From positions 9,052,001 through 9,116,000 of the forward strand of contig OZ116710.1 in assembly GCA_964199315.1 (NCBI GenBank): DNA of 64,000 bases. Reading direction: 5' to 3'. The notes under the pieces are model-generated. The model did no database searches and was not told the DNA's origin. It saw only the letters and a program-made list of their open reading frames with translations. The DNA is from Orbicella franksi. Taxonomy: Eukaryota. Shown one piece after another: positions 1-11,500 of the stretch (position 1 is its first letter; the number at the start of each line of letters is the position of its first letter). The position numbers and the translations under genes were made by a program.

Positions 1-153
1 GCCAAAGAAGACAAGACCAGAAAACCTAATCCAGACCAGACCAAACGAAAACCCCTCCCACACCAGGCCAGACCTAGACCATACCATATCTTACCTCTCA
101 AGGTTTTGCTTTGTTTTACCCTCTGACAGTTGAAATTTCTCTTTCCTTTTTAG

Positions 154-390
154 ACTGGCCGCCGACGTACCCTATCACGAACCTTGAGCTGTCGTTGCAA
201 GCATTTAACCTCGTTCGGCGGAGGCCTCCTTGTGAAGCCAAACCCAATCGACTTCGATAAAGTGTGGATTGCCTTTGATGATATTCATAACAATATGGCT
301 GTACTGGCTACAATGATCAGTATATTCTTGTTATATCTTCTGGTCATAATATGGGCACGGAGAGCTGACATAAGAGATCGTGATTCCCAG
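154..390 (+). CDS. Polycystin-1-like (PKD1L family) protein, internal exon with GPS/GAIN cleavage motif and first TM helix; gene starts upstream of the window
   Basis: Acceptor cctttttag|act at 153/154, donor cag|gtgatg at 390/391, phase 0-0. Translates ...CRCKHLTSFGGG (GPS motif HL^T), then NPIDF and a hydrophobic helix ending WARRAD. Confidence 0.85.
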
Positions 391-497
391 GTGATGACCA
401 ATGAATGTCAAGTATTTACAGCTGGGGGACATACAGGGCCGTTAAATGTTCTTACATGTGCTTTTCAGAATCAACTGGCTTTCCGTCCAAACGAAGC

Positions 498-540
498 TAT
501 TTATTTATTTATCTATTTATTTATTTATTTATTTATTCTT
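498..540. repeat. (ATTT)n microsatellite in PKD1L intron
   Basis: Direct reading: tatttatttttatctatttatttatttatttatttatt. Confidence 0.85.
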
Positions 541-763
541 TTATGTTATTTTCTCACTTCTGACCCCAAACTAACAGTGTTTATTTTCTTTGGAAAAGAG
601 AGGAAGTGATGGGATCTGTTAAATTGAAGGAGGGTATTTGCATTACTAAGAAATGATTTCTGGTTCAGCGAAACAACTAGTGTTTAAATAGTAATGATCA
701 ATGAAAGTATTTCCCTGTACAGTCAATGAATTTACTTTCTGTCTATCAATTATACTTCTCTAG

Positions 764-2272
764 AAAGGAATTATCGTCATCGGGAAGCCGTGGAACCATA
801 ATGCTTATGAAGTTACGATATGTACCAGTAAGGGAAGAAATTCAGGAACCACAGCTCGAGTTGCCTTCATCATTGTTGGAGAAAACGGGTCTAGCGGTGT
901 AATTCCATTGAGCAAGCTCACCAAAGTGAAGTTTAGCAGAGGTTCTGTTGTCACCTGCACTATGTACCTTCCAAGCTCGCTAGGCCAGTTGCTATATCTC
1001 CATATTTGGCATGACAACGCGGGCGATGATCCCTCTTGGAACCTCGATCACGTGGTTGTCCGGGACACTCTGAGTGACGAAAGGTGGAGTTTTATGTGCG
1101 GAGAGTGGCTGGCAGTTGAAAATGATGATGGGAAGACGGAAAAAGTAATCTACGTTGCAAACGTAGGCGAAATGTCTAATTACAAGCATCTGTTTTTGTC
1201 AAATAGTGCAAATGGTCTTTATGACGAGCATCTCTGGATTTCAGTAGCCGCCAAACCACCGGCGAGCAGCTTTACTCGTGTGCAGCGGGCTTCGTGCTGT
1301 TTGTCGATTCTGTTCAGCACAATGATCGCAAACGCCATGTTTTATGATAACGGGAAAGCTGACACTTCTCCTGTATTTTATCTCGGTCCTATAAAGATCA
1401 GCATGCGTCAACTGATGATAGGGATCCAGAGCAGCTTGATCATATTTCCCATCAACCTGGGCATAACTCAACTGTTTCGTAAATCATCCACAACGACTAT
1501 CCCTGTAGTCGAGGAGAAATCCAAAGCTACGCCACCTACCAAAACTACGCTGCCTAAGTCAGAATTAACGATCTTTAATCGACGATTCGGACGGAGGCCA
1601 TCGTCGCGTAAGTACCTGCCTTTGCCATACCAACTACATATCACAAACAGTATGTCTACCATCATCTCTGGTTCTGAGAGCACTTTCAACTTCAAGACAG
1701 ATGACTCTATAATAACCAAGGAAAAAAGGAAAAGATATTTCTGCCGCTTTTTATACTACCTGGCTTGGATATTGTGTTTCGTGTCGGTATTTGTCTCAAC
1801 GTTCTTCACCTTGATGTATTCCCTCGAGTGGGGGAGTGAGCGATCACAACAGTGGCTTTTGTCATTCTTTGTGTCTTTCATTCAAGATGCCGCGATCTCT
1901 CAGCCTGTAAAAGTTGCCCTATTTTCAGCGTTGCTTGCTTTTCTCGTAAAATTTTCCATGGAGCAAAGAGAAAAGCACCGTCGAGTTAAGGCACGGAAAA
2001 TGAAGACAGATGATGATGATGATGGAAGTGCGTACTCGACCGAGGTTCAGCTAGGTGATGAGGTTGCAGGGGACGATTCTCTACCATTGCAGAAAAATGT
2101 GTTACAGAAGGCGAAGATGAAAAGAATGAAAGAGATTAAGTCGTCCGAAGTCATGACAGACGTGTTGTTCTATTCTCTGTTTCTTCTTCTTTTACTCATA
2201 GTGGCTTATGGGCACCGTGATCCAATCGCGTATGAGATGACCAATCACTTGGAGAATATATTCCATGTATCG
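764..2272 (+). CDS. PKD1L family protein, exon with PLAT/LH2 domain and following TM helices
   Basis: Acceptor ttctctag|aaa at 763/764 is in frame with ORF 908-2320. Donor tcg|gtgagt at 2272/2273. PLAT motifs YEVTICT..GTTARV, LGQLLYLHIWHDNAG..PSW, F.CGEWLAV, then the PKD1L-typical FTRVQRASCC and WLLSFFVSFIQD. Confidence 0.93.
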
Positions 2273-2384
2273 GTGAGTTGTTTTTGCGCGTTCCTAAATT
2301 ACACTTCGTGCGGAAAGTGAACAACACGAAGTGGGGCGTAGCTGAATGATATTCTGTATTTTGATTTTTTATCCATCAAAAATG

Positions 2385-2505
2385 ACTAGTTGTTCGCCTG
2401 GTGAGATTGAAGTTTCGACAACCTGAGCGGAAATCATCTTCAACTACCCTCGCCTGGAAATTACTCCAGACGAACTACTGATACTCCTGGGTTCAAACCA
2501 GTGTT
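2385..2505 (-). mobile_element. Fragment of Penelope-like terminal repeat with degenerate hammerhead motif
   Basis: The reverse complement contains tgaagatgatttccgctcaggttgtcgaaac, similar to the hammerhead-bearing repeat at 22850-22890. Confidence 0.5.
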
Positions 2506-2596
2506 CAAATAAATTATTTTCAGAGTATATTATTTTGCTTTACTTTCAAACTACAAATACTTTGGATGTTTATTTATGTTTCTGTTCTCTTTTCAG

Positions 2597-2771
2597 GCTC
2601 AACATTTTGCCGGCATTTGGGACTGGGTTCGCGAAGGCATCATTCCAGCTGTTTTTGTCGGTCCATGGTATAACGGAATGCCTGCTGCGGACTCAGAAAA
2701 TGGACTCTTGATTGATAGGAGTTCAGCTCTGGTTGGCATGGTTCGTCTTAGACAGCTAAGAGTTTTGAATG
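2597..2771 (+). CDS. PKD1L family protein, exon with start of polycystin (TOP) domain
   Basis: Acceptor ttttcag|gct at 2596/2597, donor aatg|gtaaga at 2771/2772 (phase 1). Translates IWDWVREGIIP...LVGMVRLRQLRV, matching the polycystin LLG..RLRQLRV motif. Confidence 0.9.
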
Positions 2772-2914
2772 GTAAGAAAGAGAGCACATTATAACTATGT
2801 GAGTGAACTTTTATTGACCAGATCCTTGGCCCATTGCAAATCGCAGCAAACTAGGGTGGTCGAAAGGGAAATGGGGAAAATCCACCCACATTGTAGGTTC
2901 CACTTCTTCACTGA

Positions 2915-2990
2915 CTCTGTCTGTCTGTCTGTCGACTGACTGTCTGTCCCTCTGACTGTCTGTCCCTCTGTCATTCTGTCTGTCTGTCTG
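2915..2990. repeat. Imperfect (TCTG)n microsatellite
   Basis: Repeated ctgtctgtctgt runs read directly. Confidence 0.8.
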
Positions 2991-3099
2991 TATTTATATA
3001 CTCATTTGTCTACTTTTCTGGCGCTGTGTCTATATCGGCCAGTAAACGTTTCCACGTCATCACAAATCCATCATTTCGTCGCTCTGTAAATGAACATTA

Positions 3100-3560
3100 T
3101 TTTTAAATGTTTCGCGTTTCATCTTGTTTGCGAATTAAATTTTACATTTGGACTCACATAAGCAAACCTTTTGCCTTTTACTGTAATTACAAATCTCGCA
3201 GAATGTCGCAAATCTTGTTTTTGCGAGTCTTTCACCATTTTGGACTCTGCCGCCACAAAGTTTCAAGTAAAAATTAAAGAAGCTACGTGTATCAGTTCGG
3301 AGAAGCCTGCTTTAAATCAGCAAATTCGTCATGTTAATTTGTCTCTTTCATTTTAATTTTTCTGCGCGTTTTTCTCTGCATTTGCCTGTTGTTCTTTTGG
3401 TTTCAGTTCCAATTTCAATTTTGTTCTTGTTATGTAAGTTATTCTGGGTAACACTTATTGAGCAACTTGTCTATTTAAAATCACTCTAGTTGTAACTGAC
3501 GATGACAGAAGTTACTGTCGAAACATGTATTCAAAACTGAAAAGCGTGGTGCTTTTTTTT
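3100..3560 (+). mobile_element. 5'-truncated Penelope-like element relic (GIY-YIG C-terminus plus 3' terminal repeat) in the last PKD1L intron
   Basis: ORF 3171-3356 ends FTILDSAATKFQVKIKEATCISSEKPALNQQ, matching the PLE GIY-YIG C-terminal pattern F.IL......L.IKEA..I....P.LN.Q. A hammerhead motif follows at 3496-3529. Confidence 0.75.
3489..3538 (+). ncRNA. Minimal type I hammerhead ribozyme (PLE-associated)
   Basis: CTGACGA 3496-3502, stem II gacag/ctgtc (3504-3519), GAAA 3520-3523, palindromic stem III ACATGT, cleavage triplet GTA 3527-3529; stem I is imperfect. Confidence 0.65.
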
Positions 3561-3624
3561 AAAATTCTCCCAGAGTATCTACTTAACACAAAATTAAATT
3601 AACGTAAATCGTTTTACCTTGCAG

Positions 3625-5114
3625 ACACGTGTAGTAATATTCCATTTATACGATATTTAGCCAGAGGTTGTTATGGCCTGTACAGCTTTCAAGACGAAGA
3701 CAAAAGCCTCTATAAACCTGAATGGGTCCCTGTTCCTCCTAATATACCAATTGGAAACATATCATATGACATGTGCCCCAGGCCATGGCGTTACCATACA
3801 GCTACGGAGCTCAAAGGCGTTCCGCTGTGGGGTACGACAACTGTATACTCAGGGGGAGGATACGTGGCAGAACTTGGTTACTACTCCGCTAAGTCGCAAG
3901 AAGTGATCGATGAACTGGCCCATTACGAATGGATTGATCGACGCACGCGCGGTGTGTTTGTAGAGTTCACTGTTTACAACGCCCAAGTAAACTTGTTCAG
4001 TGTTATATCACTACTGGTGGAGGCCATGCCAACTGGCGGAGTGGAGACATTCCGTAGAATTGACACCATACGCGTTTACAGATACGTAGGAGAGCTCGCT
4101 AACGTCGCACTAGCCGCGGAGCTTATAATTGCTTTGGTCATATTGTTCTTACTTTACAAGGTTATCAAGTGTATGTACCATCAGAGGCTGGCATTCTTCA
4201 GGAAATTTTGGAATTTGGTAGATCTTTTGCAGGTCCTTTTCGCACTCGTGTCTATTGCTTTGTACTTTGTCAAGATGATAAGTATTAACGCAACTATGAA
4301 AGACTTGAGCGATAACCCCTTCCTTTTTGTCAGCTTTTCGATGCTGCTCACGTGGAACGAAATTGACACCTACATGATCGCGTTTGTGGTGTTCCTTACA
4401 ACGATCAAGTTCCTGTACTTGTTGAGATACAACAGCCACATCAAACTTTTAAATCAAACGTTTTCTAACATGCGACAGGAAATAATTCTCTTCATGGTTC
4501 AATTTCTGTTCTGGTTTCTCCCTTTTGTGATCATGTCTCACATATCATTCGGAGCTCATTTACAAGATTTCATTTCGCTTCCATCGGCATTTCAAGCCAT
4601 GCTCAATGCACTCCTCGGTGCTTCCTATTTTCATGATTTGGAACAGGTTGACCGTGTTATTGGCCCCGCTTTATTTTTCTGTTACAGCATTCTCATGGAA
4701 CTCATACTTCTCAACATGTTCGTTTCAATCATAAACGCAGCTTTTGGGAGTAGAGAAGTCCATCTTAAACCTTCGGAAACGGATCCAGAACTTATAGAGT
4801 TCATAATGAAACGGTTGAAAGCAATCTTGGGCGTGAATTTACTCTCTTCGAGCGTGGGCCCTGAGCAGAAATGGTTCGTGGATGATTCGAGTGACGATGA
4901 AAATGGCTACAGGATCATAAATGCAAAAAACCGTTATAATGTGTTGAACAGAAAGCTAGCTATCTTGCAGAGCAAATTCAGGGATGTCTCAATCTTAGAA
5001 GAGGAAGAAGAAGACGAAGATGTTTTGCTGGAGATGATGCTGAGGAAACACGAACAAGACAGTTTAGCGTCTTCACGAAGTGAGTGCTCAGGAACAACAG
5101 AAACTTCATTTTAA
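3625..5114 (+). CDS. PKD1L family protein, terminal exon with polycystin cation-channel domain (S1-S6) and acidic C-tail
   Basis: Acceptor ccttgcag|ac at 3624/3625 (phase 1) joins in frame to ORF 3771-5114. Motifs YSGGGYV, WIDRRTRGVFVEFTVYNAQVNLF and LLNMFVSIIN; stop TAA at 5112-5114. Exact paralog (PKD1L2-like is plausible) is not resolvable by eye. Confidence 0.93.
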
Positions 5115-5123
5115 AAATACCCT

Positions 5124-5367
5124 AGTCTACATGGAACATTAAGAATGTTTCTTAGTTTGAACTTCGTAGTCTCCGTTAAGTTAAAGGTCCTAAACGACCT
5201 ATGGACCAAACTTTAAACGACAAAAAAAGAGGGAAGTTCTCAAAGTACTCCCGGTAGCTTTAAAAAAACCGAGACTTCAGTCTACACTGAACATTAGGAA
5301 TGTTAATTTTAGTTTGAACTTCGTTGTCTACGTTAAGTCGAAGGTTATAAACGACCTATGGGCCAAG
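5124..5367. repeat. Two ~85-bp direct repeats (5124-5209 and 5279-5367) just after the PKD1L stop
   Basis: Both read agtctac..gaacatta.gaatgtt...ttagtttgaacttcgt.gtct.cgttaagt..aagg...taaacgacctatgg. Confidence 0.8.
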
Positions 5368-7071
5368 TAAAACCAGTTTTATATCTACATAGCGGAAATT
5401 AAAAGGGAAAAAGTGATTGTAATTACTGGTGAGATTATTTTGATACGCAATTATATCCATTTATATTGCTTTATTAGGGACGAAAATAAATCACTATTAT
5501 ATATTTCACAATTGTGCTGGAGTGATTGCAGCTTTCGCGTAGAGCAAACCTCTTAGAACTGCTAATAGATCCTGAACTTCCCAGTCCCAGCCCTTCTTTG
5601 GTGGTTTCCGTCCATTGTCTTTCAAGAAAATCCGCAAAAATCTTGCAAAAAAAGAAAAATCCGCCAACGTTTTCCCTGTCACTCTAGGGATCCGCCCCCT
5701 TCCCTTTTTCTCGCGCCTCCTGTACGGACTCGTGACTCCCGCGCACTTTCCTTCGTTTTCCCACACATTTGGTGTAACATTTTTTTGTTGATACGCTAAT
5801 ACAGATGATTTTGACGATAAGTCACGCAGACAATAAATTGTACATCTGCATGATAAGGCAATGTAAAACTTTATGTTAGTTCATTTTGTTCAATGGTCAA
5901 GGTCATGTCCACACTTTGTACCCGAGCTCGGTGTCCGAGGACGATTCTAGCAGGAAACTAATGTGAACACACATCTTAATCGAAGTATTCACACCAGAAT
6001 TCGGCCACAGTGCCCGAGCCGGGCACAAGGTCTTGACCTTGTACTCGGACACTAAGAGGTACTTGGTACTTGGAGTACCTATCGTTTGAACGTAACACTA
6101 TTATTGTGCCACGTGGTATTATTAAATACTATCCACATGATATTCCACTCGGCTGCTGAGGTGTTTTTTGATGGAGGAGAAATTTTAATGTGTCTTGACA
6201 TAAACCTGGGTGAGGTCAACAAAGGGTCATCGGTATTCAGAATGTTCCATCTTATCACTCCTTGATATCGAAGTGATTGTAAATGCGCGCTTGCGTTGTC
6301 GCGAGTTGGGTTTGTTCATAGACTTGGCTAATGAGGTGCTGTTTACTGGTCGTTACAGGGAACCCGGGGGAGTGCTTCTAACACTTGTGCTGGTGAGACC
6401 AATTCCAATGCCGTCATTATGTATAAAGTAGCTCTGACAAGCTCAGTTGAATTACAACTACCGATAGGGGACAAACTTTAGTTAACTGTTTTTGATTACG
6501 AGTATGTTCGGTCAAAAAGTAATAATCAACAAGATAGATATTTCTCAGTATATATTTTATTCGGAAATTGCTATATGATATAAAATATATAAGTTTATAA
6601 ATAAATCTCTTCACGCTGCTTCTTGCTTACAATTGCAATGTTTTTTTTTACTAATGCGGGTAAGCTAATACTTTTTACAGCACACGAAAGGCGCAAGGAT
6701 GGTGGCTTAATCTACTTATAGTAATATTTTATTAGAAATCGATCAAACCAAGTTTAAAAACTTCGTCGTAAATGAGTCTGTCGGTTTAGTTCACCGATTT
6801 GTAGTAGTCTTTGAATATATGGTGTTACTGAAGCAACATTTTAAATTTTTCACGCACTTGAGAGTGTCTAATGAGGCATTGATTTAAGAAAACAAAGTTC
6901 ATTTATGAAATCTCGGTTGTCCAAAACGGCACGATATTGTGTTCTTGAAGTTACGTCATCAAAGACTGTTAATAATTATTTTTCATCGAAGTCTCGGTCC
7001 ATATCCGCCACAACTTCTTTGGGTTCATGGTTGGTGTAGTTCACAGGTCTCTAAGATCGACTTTCTCGACC

Positions 7072-7335
7072 TCATAATGATTTCCCAGTGTGATACCTTT
7101 CCAGCCACTCCTTCACTCCTTTCATGTCGTAACCCATAGGTCCTGGCCCACCTTCGTAAACAACCCTTCCGTTCTGGACGATGTGAAAGCGGATGGGAAG
7201 AGCACCGTAAGCGAAGTTTGCTGCGTCAAGCATTGTATCCACCACCACCGGACATCCGGGAATTTTTCGGGCCACCTCACACGCGGCGCGACATCTTTCG
7301 GCTTGTGTTCTGTGCGTTCTGATTTCGTAGTTGTC
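7072..7335 (-). CDS. DIO: Iodothyronine deiodinase-like protein A, exon 2 (C-terminal)
   Basis: Minus-strand acceptor tttttatag|GAC at 7336/7335. Translates DNYEIRTHRTQAERC...GCPVVVDTM..A..AYGALPIRF.IVQNGRVVYEGGPGPMGY..., closely matching the deiodinase C-terminus; stop TGA. Symbol is family-level only. Confidence 0.92.
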   Translation of the reverse strand, partial: DNYEIRTHRTQAERCRAACEVARKIPGCPVVVDTMLDAANFAYGALPIRFHIVQNGRVVYEGGPGPMGYDMKGVKEWLERYHTGKSL

Positions 7336-7703
7336 CTATAAAAAGACGTGCATGTAAAAGGTAACTTAATAAAAGCGTTAAAATGTTTTGTTGTCTCGAA
7401 TGTATGGTGGGAGAAGGATCACTTCAGAGGTCCAGAGTCGATACTGGTGCAGCCATTTCGGGCTTGCAAAGACCAATAGGAATAGACAGATCTTTTTGCT
7501 GTAATATAAGCTACTTGGTGTCTGAAAAGTTGTACTGGTGACAGCTAAAAGGTACTGAACGCTTATATTCTTGAAGAGGAAAGTTGTTCTATTGCTTCTT
7601 AGCCTCCTAAATGCGAAGTTGACATTGATTCGTACGGCAAAAATTAATTTCTGGGTTTTGTACATGTCCTAATTTCATAAAAATTCATAAAATATTGACT
7701 CAC

Positions 7704-8186
7704 TTTTAACGCCCATCCGTCTGATGGGTGTGCTTCTTCGATGTAAACAACGCAAAACTCAGCGACGTGGCTGAAGTGATTGGCCATTTTCAGAAATTCA
7801 TCTAACTGGCTCATGAATATTGGGCAGGTACAGCTGCCAAAGTTTAAAACAAGAGGCCGTCCAGATTGGGACATCTGTAATAAAGGAAAACAGTGTTTGC
7901 CAGTCAGTGACACCACTGGGCTGTTTGGCGCTTCGGAATCTTGCTTCATCTTCTTGTTCAGGTCTAAAGCCACGCTATGCCATACGTTCTGGAGCATTTG
8001 ATCAGTGAATAAAGAGTCCCAATACGAGGTCACCGGCAACTTTACTTTGGTAACGGCATCAAAAGCTCCGATGATAAATTTCCGAAAAGCAGGCACCGAT
8101 TTCAGCAAAGAGCCAATTGAAAAAAACAGCAGTAGCATGCTGTAAGCTGTGAACATTTGGACGGCTTGGACAGTCTGGACAAACAT
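7704..8186 (-). CDS. DIO: Iodothyronine deiodinase-like protein A, exon 1; Cys at the catalytic position
   Basis: ATG at 8186 and a hydrophobic N-terminal segment. Motifs RPLVLNFGSCTCPIF (TGC at 7826-7824) and VVYIEEAHPSDGW. Donor aaa|gtgagt at 7704/7703, phase 0. Joined CDS is 747 nt = 248 aa. Confidence 0.93.
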
Positions 8187-11100
8187 GTTGACTTCACTCT
8201 GTCCGGGTGCAGAATGAGTGTCTTAACAACCCTCCAGATGTTTTCTAATCATAAAAAATGATGTTAATATGTGGTTCGTGCCTGATCTTCCCACTGGATA
8301 CACAAAAACAATAGATTGCTCAATTCTCTTTAAATCCGCCTGAGTTACATTCTTGCTTGATTGATTATCGCATACAATCAATATATCGGTACAATAAAGC
8401 CTACCATTGAATTTTGCAGGAAATACCGATCCCAGACACACATATTTGGACGCCTTCAGCGCATTTCCAGATTTCAACAATTAACACCCTGTCTCTATCA
8501 CAAGACAGGCTTCCTCGTCTATTTTAAAACTTGAAAAACATGCTATCGTGGCTAAATCAGAATTAAGCAAATAGACTCTTTTGTCTTCTGCACGATAATA
8601 TTATCAAACGCGCGCCAAAATAACAGGCAATGTGTTTTAATGGTGTTCTTAAAACATTTCCAGCTATTTAGCCTTAGAATATGAAGGGTCCTCCACGTTA
8701 GGTGCTTGTTTGAAAGACTGGTTTCTGTCCATAATTTTTTGAGGTATAAAACTGTTCGTGTTGATGAAATAGATTGTGTGCACACTATGTAAGAGCTCAC
8801 ATCGTCCACAATACTCAAAGGATTTAAGAATGTAATGCGACTAAATGTTCTTTGGAAATTATTCCTTGGGGACAATTTTGGCTGGTTTTGAAAAAGCACG
8901 TCCAAAAACTCGCAAATAAGTAAAAAAAAAAAAAAAATGCCTGGACATGATCCAGGTGGTTGTTTTTCTGGGTAGAAAGCTGAGGTCAATTTTTGTTTGA
9001 ATTTTTTCAGTATTTGTTTTTCAAGTCTCATTGATATTCCTGTTACCATGGTGTTAAAACGATGTTTTTTCTTTACTAAACCGTGTCTTCTTGTGACACC
9101 TAGAGAGTTCGTGATACTATGTAAACACTGCAGACAGGCAGGAGGTAATGAGGGTTGCCGGAGTCATCCCATCACGTACATCTTTAAACGAGCGAAGGGG
9201 ATCTTAGACATGTCCTTAGCTGAATTCTAGTACCGTATAAATGTAATTGTACACGAATATTGCACCCGGCAATCTTACACAAACAAGCCTCCCAGTTACA
9301 GAATTATATTTGAAGGCAATTTTCAACTGGTACTAACTAGGAATGATTTATAAACAGAAACTGTATATTGTAAGCACGTAAATCCGTCCAATTTCTCTTC
9401 CGTTTCGACAAAAATGAGTCATGGAGGTGCAATCACAAAAATGTTGAATTAGCATTTTGTGATGATGCGATTTTCTATTTTGAGTTCTTCGGTTAGATCA
9501 CTACGTAATTGTTTACGAAGTCGAGTCTCGCAGGGAGCCCCAAACAGGTTTATTTGACGGGCACAGTATGACTCTGAGGCCGTGTTTGTGTGCCTTTTCC
9601 CGGAAATCTCGATATTTAAGCCTTAAAGCTTAGAAGCCAAACCATCGTGTGGTTCATAAGCGCCACATTTCGTGTCGTTGTCTTGAAAACATAGCCTGAT
9701 TTCGTGGCTCTGTAGGTGCTCATGACGTCAATGGAAGGGGCTTCGTGTACTAGGGAATCACTGAACAAAGAATCATCCTTGTATTTAAAAAACTACAAAA
9801 CAGAGAGGCACGCTACGCTGGAAAAAAAGCTCATGCAACGCAGTGGAAGTCATGGTTTTAATAACTTGGGGGTAAAGATCTGTAAAGATTTCAATGCCAG
9901 GTTGATTCAGTCTGCCATGTCAACAAGCTAGCGCGGATTAGCTGCTTTGTTCTCATGATGGTTCAAAACAAATTTTAGTGAGTAGTTTCTGAGAATAAGG
10001 CACTTGATCATGGTATTGTGATGAACCGAATTCTCCCAAGTCATATGATACAGAATGTTATAAGGTAAGAAGGGAGGATTTGGTTTCTGAAGAATGCAAT
10101 AGTTTGGTCCGTTTATGATAACCATTTACACGAGTGGTCGTGTTGACCAGATGAAGAAATTATTCATTTTGAACCTCTCGTAAATGAGTTGATCATATAG
10201 CCGGGTTACTCAAGTTCATTAACTCGATTTTCTTTGCATAAAACCTCCCAATAACCAATACGCAAATTATGACAACAATACTGAATAAGTCTCATTCAAA
10301 ATCACGGTACGCTGACGCATTTAACGGCCTTGAATTACAGTTGAACCCGCTGTCTATATCTCAAGGAAAACGAAAAATCGTTGGAAATAGTAAATGAATG
10401 AAAAAGAATATCCACGGGAAATTATTTGATTTCGAGATGGAGTGGGTTAGAGTAATCGACTTATCAGTTATAAAAAGAGATGGAGCTCGAGGTTTAACTG
10501 TATATTGGTGACTTAAGATGACAAGGCAGAAGAGAAGCGGGCAAAAGGCGCCGACCGACGCTAAAAAGAAGCAGATAATAAAGATTAAGTTTGCGTAGCA
10601 AGAGTTCCTGTACGAACGTAAAAGCTTTTTCCACATTCCGACCGCGCGCCCCATAACTCTCATGCACGTCGATGTTTTTGCTGTCGCCCCAATTTTTCTC
10701 GCCATCAGCAAGCTAGAAAGGTTTTGGTCGTATATGGAATAGGCCAATGAAGATTGAAAGGCGGCTAACCGGCTCAACAAGGTTGAAGTCCTGAATGCAG
10801 AAAATGGAACACTGAATCTAGGCTAAAGGGGCAAATTCCATCTTCAGTATTCTTTACATCTTACTTCTCGCAAATTGAATTACCCTCGCCCGTGATGGGC
10901 TCTTGCATTGGCCCAAATCAACTGAAAAAGTTTGTACAACACTTCTAATCGAAAACAGTTCCTATTGCTACACTTTAGTTGAATGAGCCAAGATGTTTTA
11001 TTTGAGAAGCGGCTGGTTCCGAAAAGAAAACGGCCTTACTGAGTACTTTTTGTGTTGAGTGCCCAAAACAAAGCAATTACATTGGCCAATCACGATTAAC

Positions 11101-11500
11101 GTAAACAGGACAATGGACAAATTAGAAGACGAAGCAAGAACATGTCACCAGAGCGAGACGCGGGTAAATGCGCGTGACCAAGTCGTTATTGTTTTTTTTT
11201 TTCCGCATTTGATTGGTTGAGCCGATGGTACCACAAGGGACACACAATCTAAAGAACCAATCAAAACTCATAGTAAGAGCATGTAGCTGAAGTGAAGCGA
11301 GGAGAAACGTGAGCGCGCGGCTTGCAATTGGGTTTGGTTTTACTTCAGACTGGATCAGAAAGTGGCGTTAGCTTTTATACCAATCACGTTGCGTAACATG
11401 TGAAACCAGATACTTTACCAGACCCAAGTAAAGAAAAAAACAGAGTAAAGCAAAAAAAAAAAAAGCAATTGGGGCTTACTTTCTATAGTATCTAATTACG

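Noticed and set aside
391-609. 3' part of track ORF 184-609 (YLFIYLFIYLF)
   Set aside because: Read-through into the intron; the peptide comes from the (ATTT)n microsatellite.
6700-7071. SECIS element in the 3' UTR of deiodinase A (also checked ~16740-17083 for B)
   Set aside because: The ATGA...AA candidates have no complementary helix II or GA quartet partner by eye, and both genes encode Cys, so none is needed. A SECISearch run would be decisive.
10361-10780. 139-aa minus-strand ORF with a hydrophobic stretch between the deiodinase genes
   Set aside because: Non-ATG start, no recognisable motif, no convincing splice chain, and no similarity to the deiodinases (not a third paralog).
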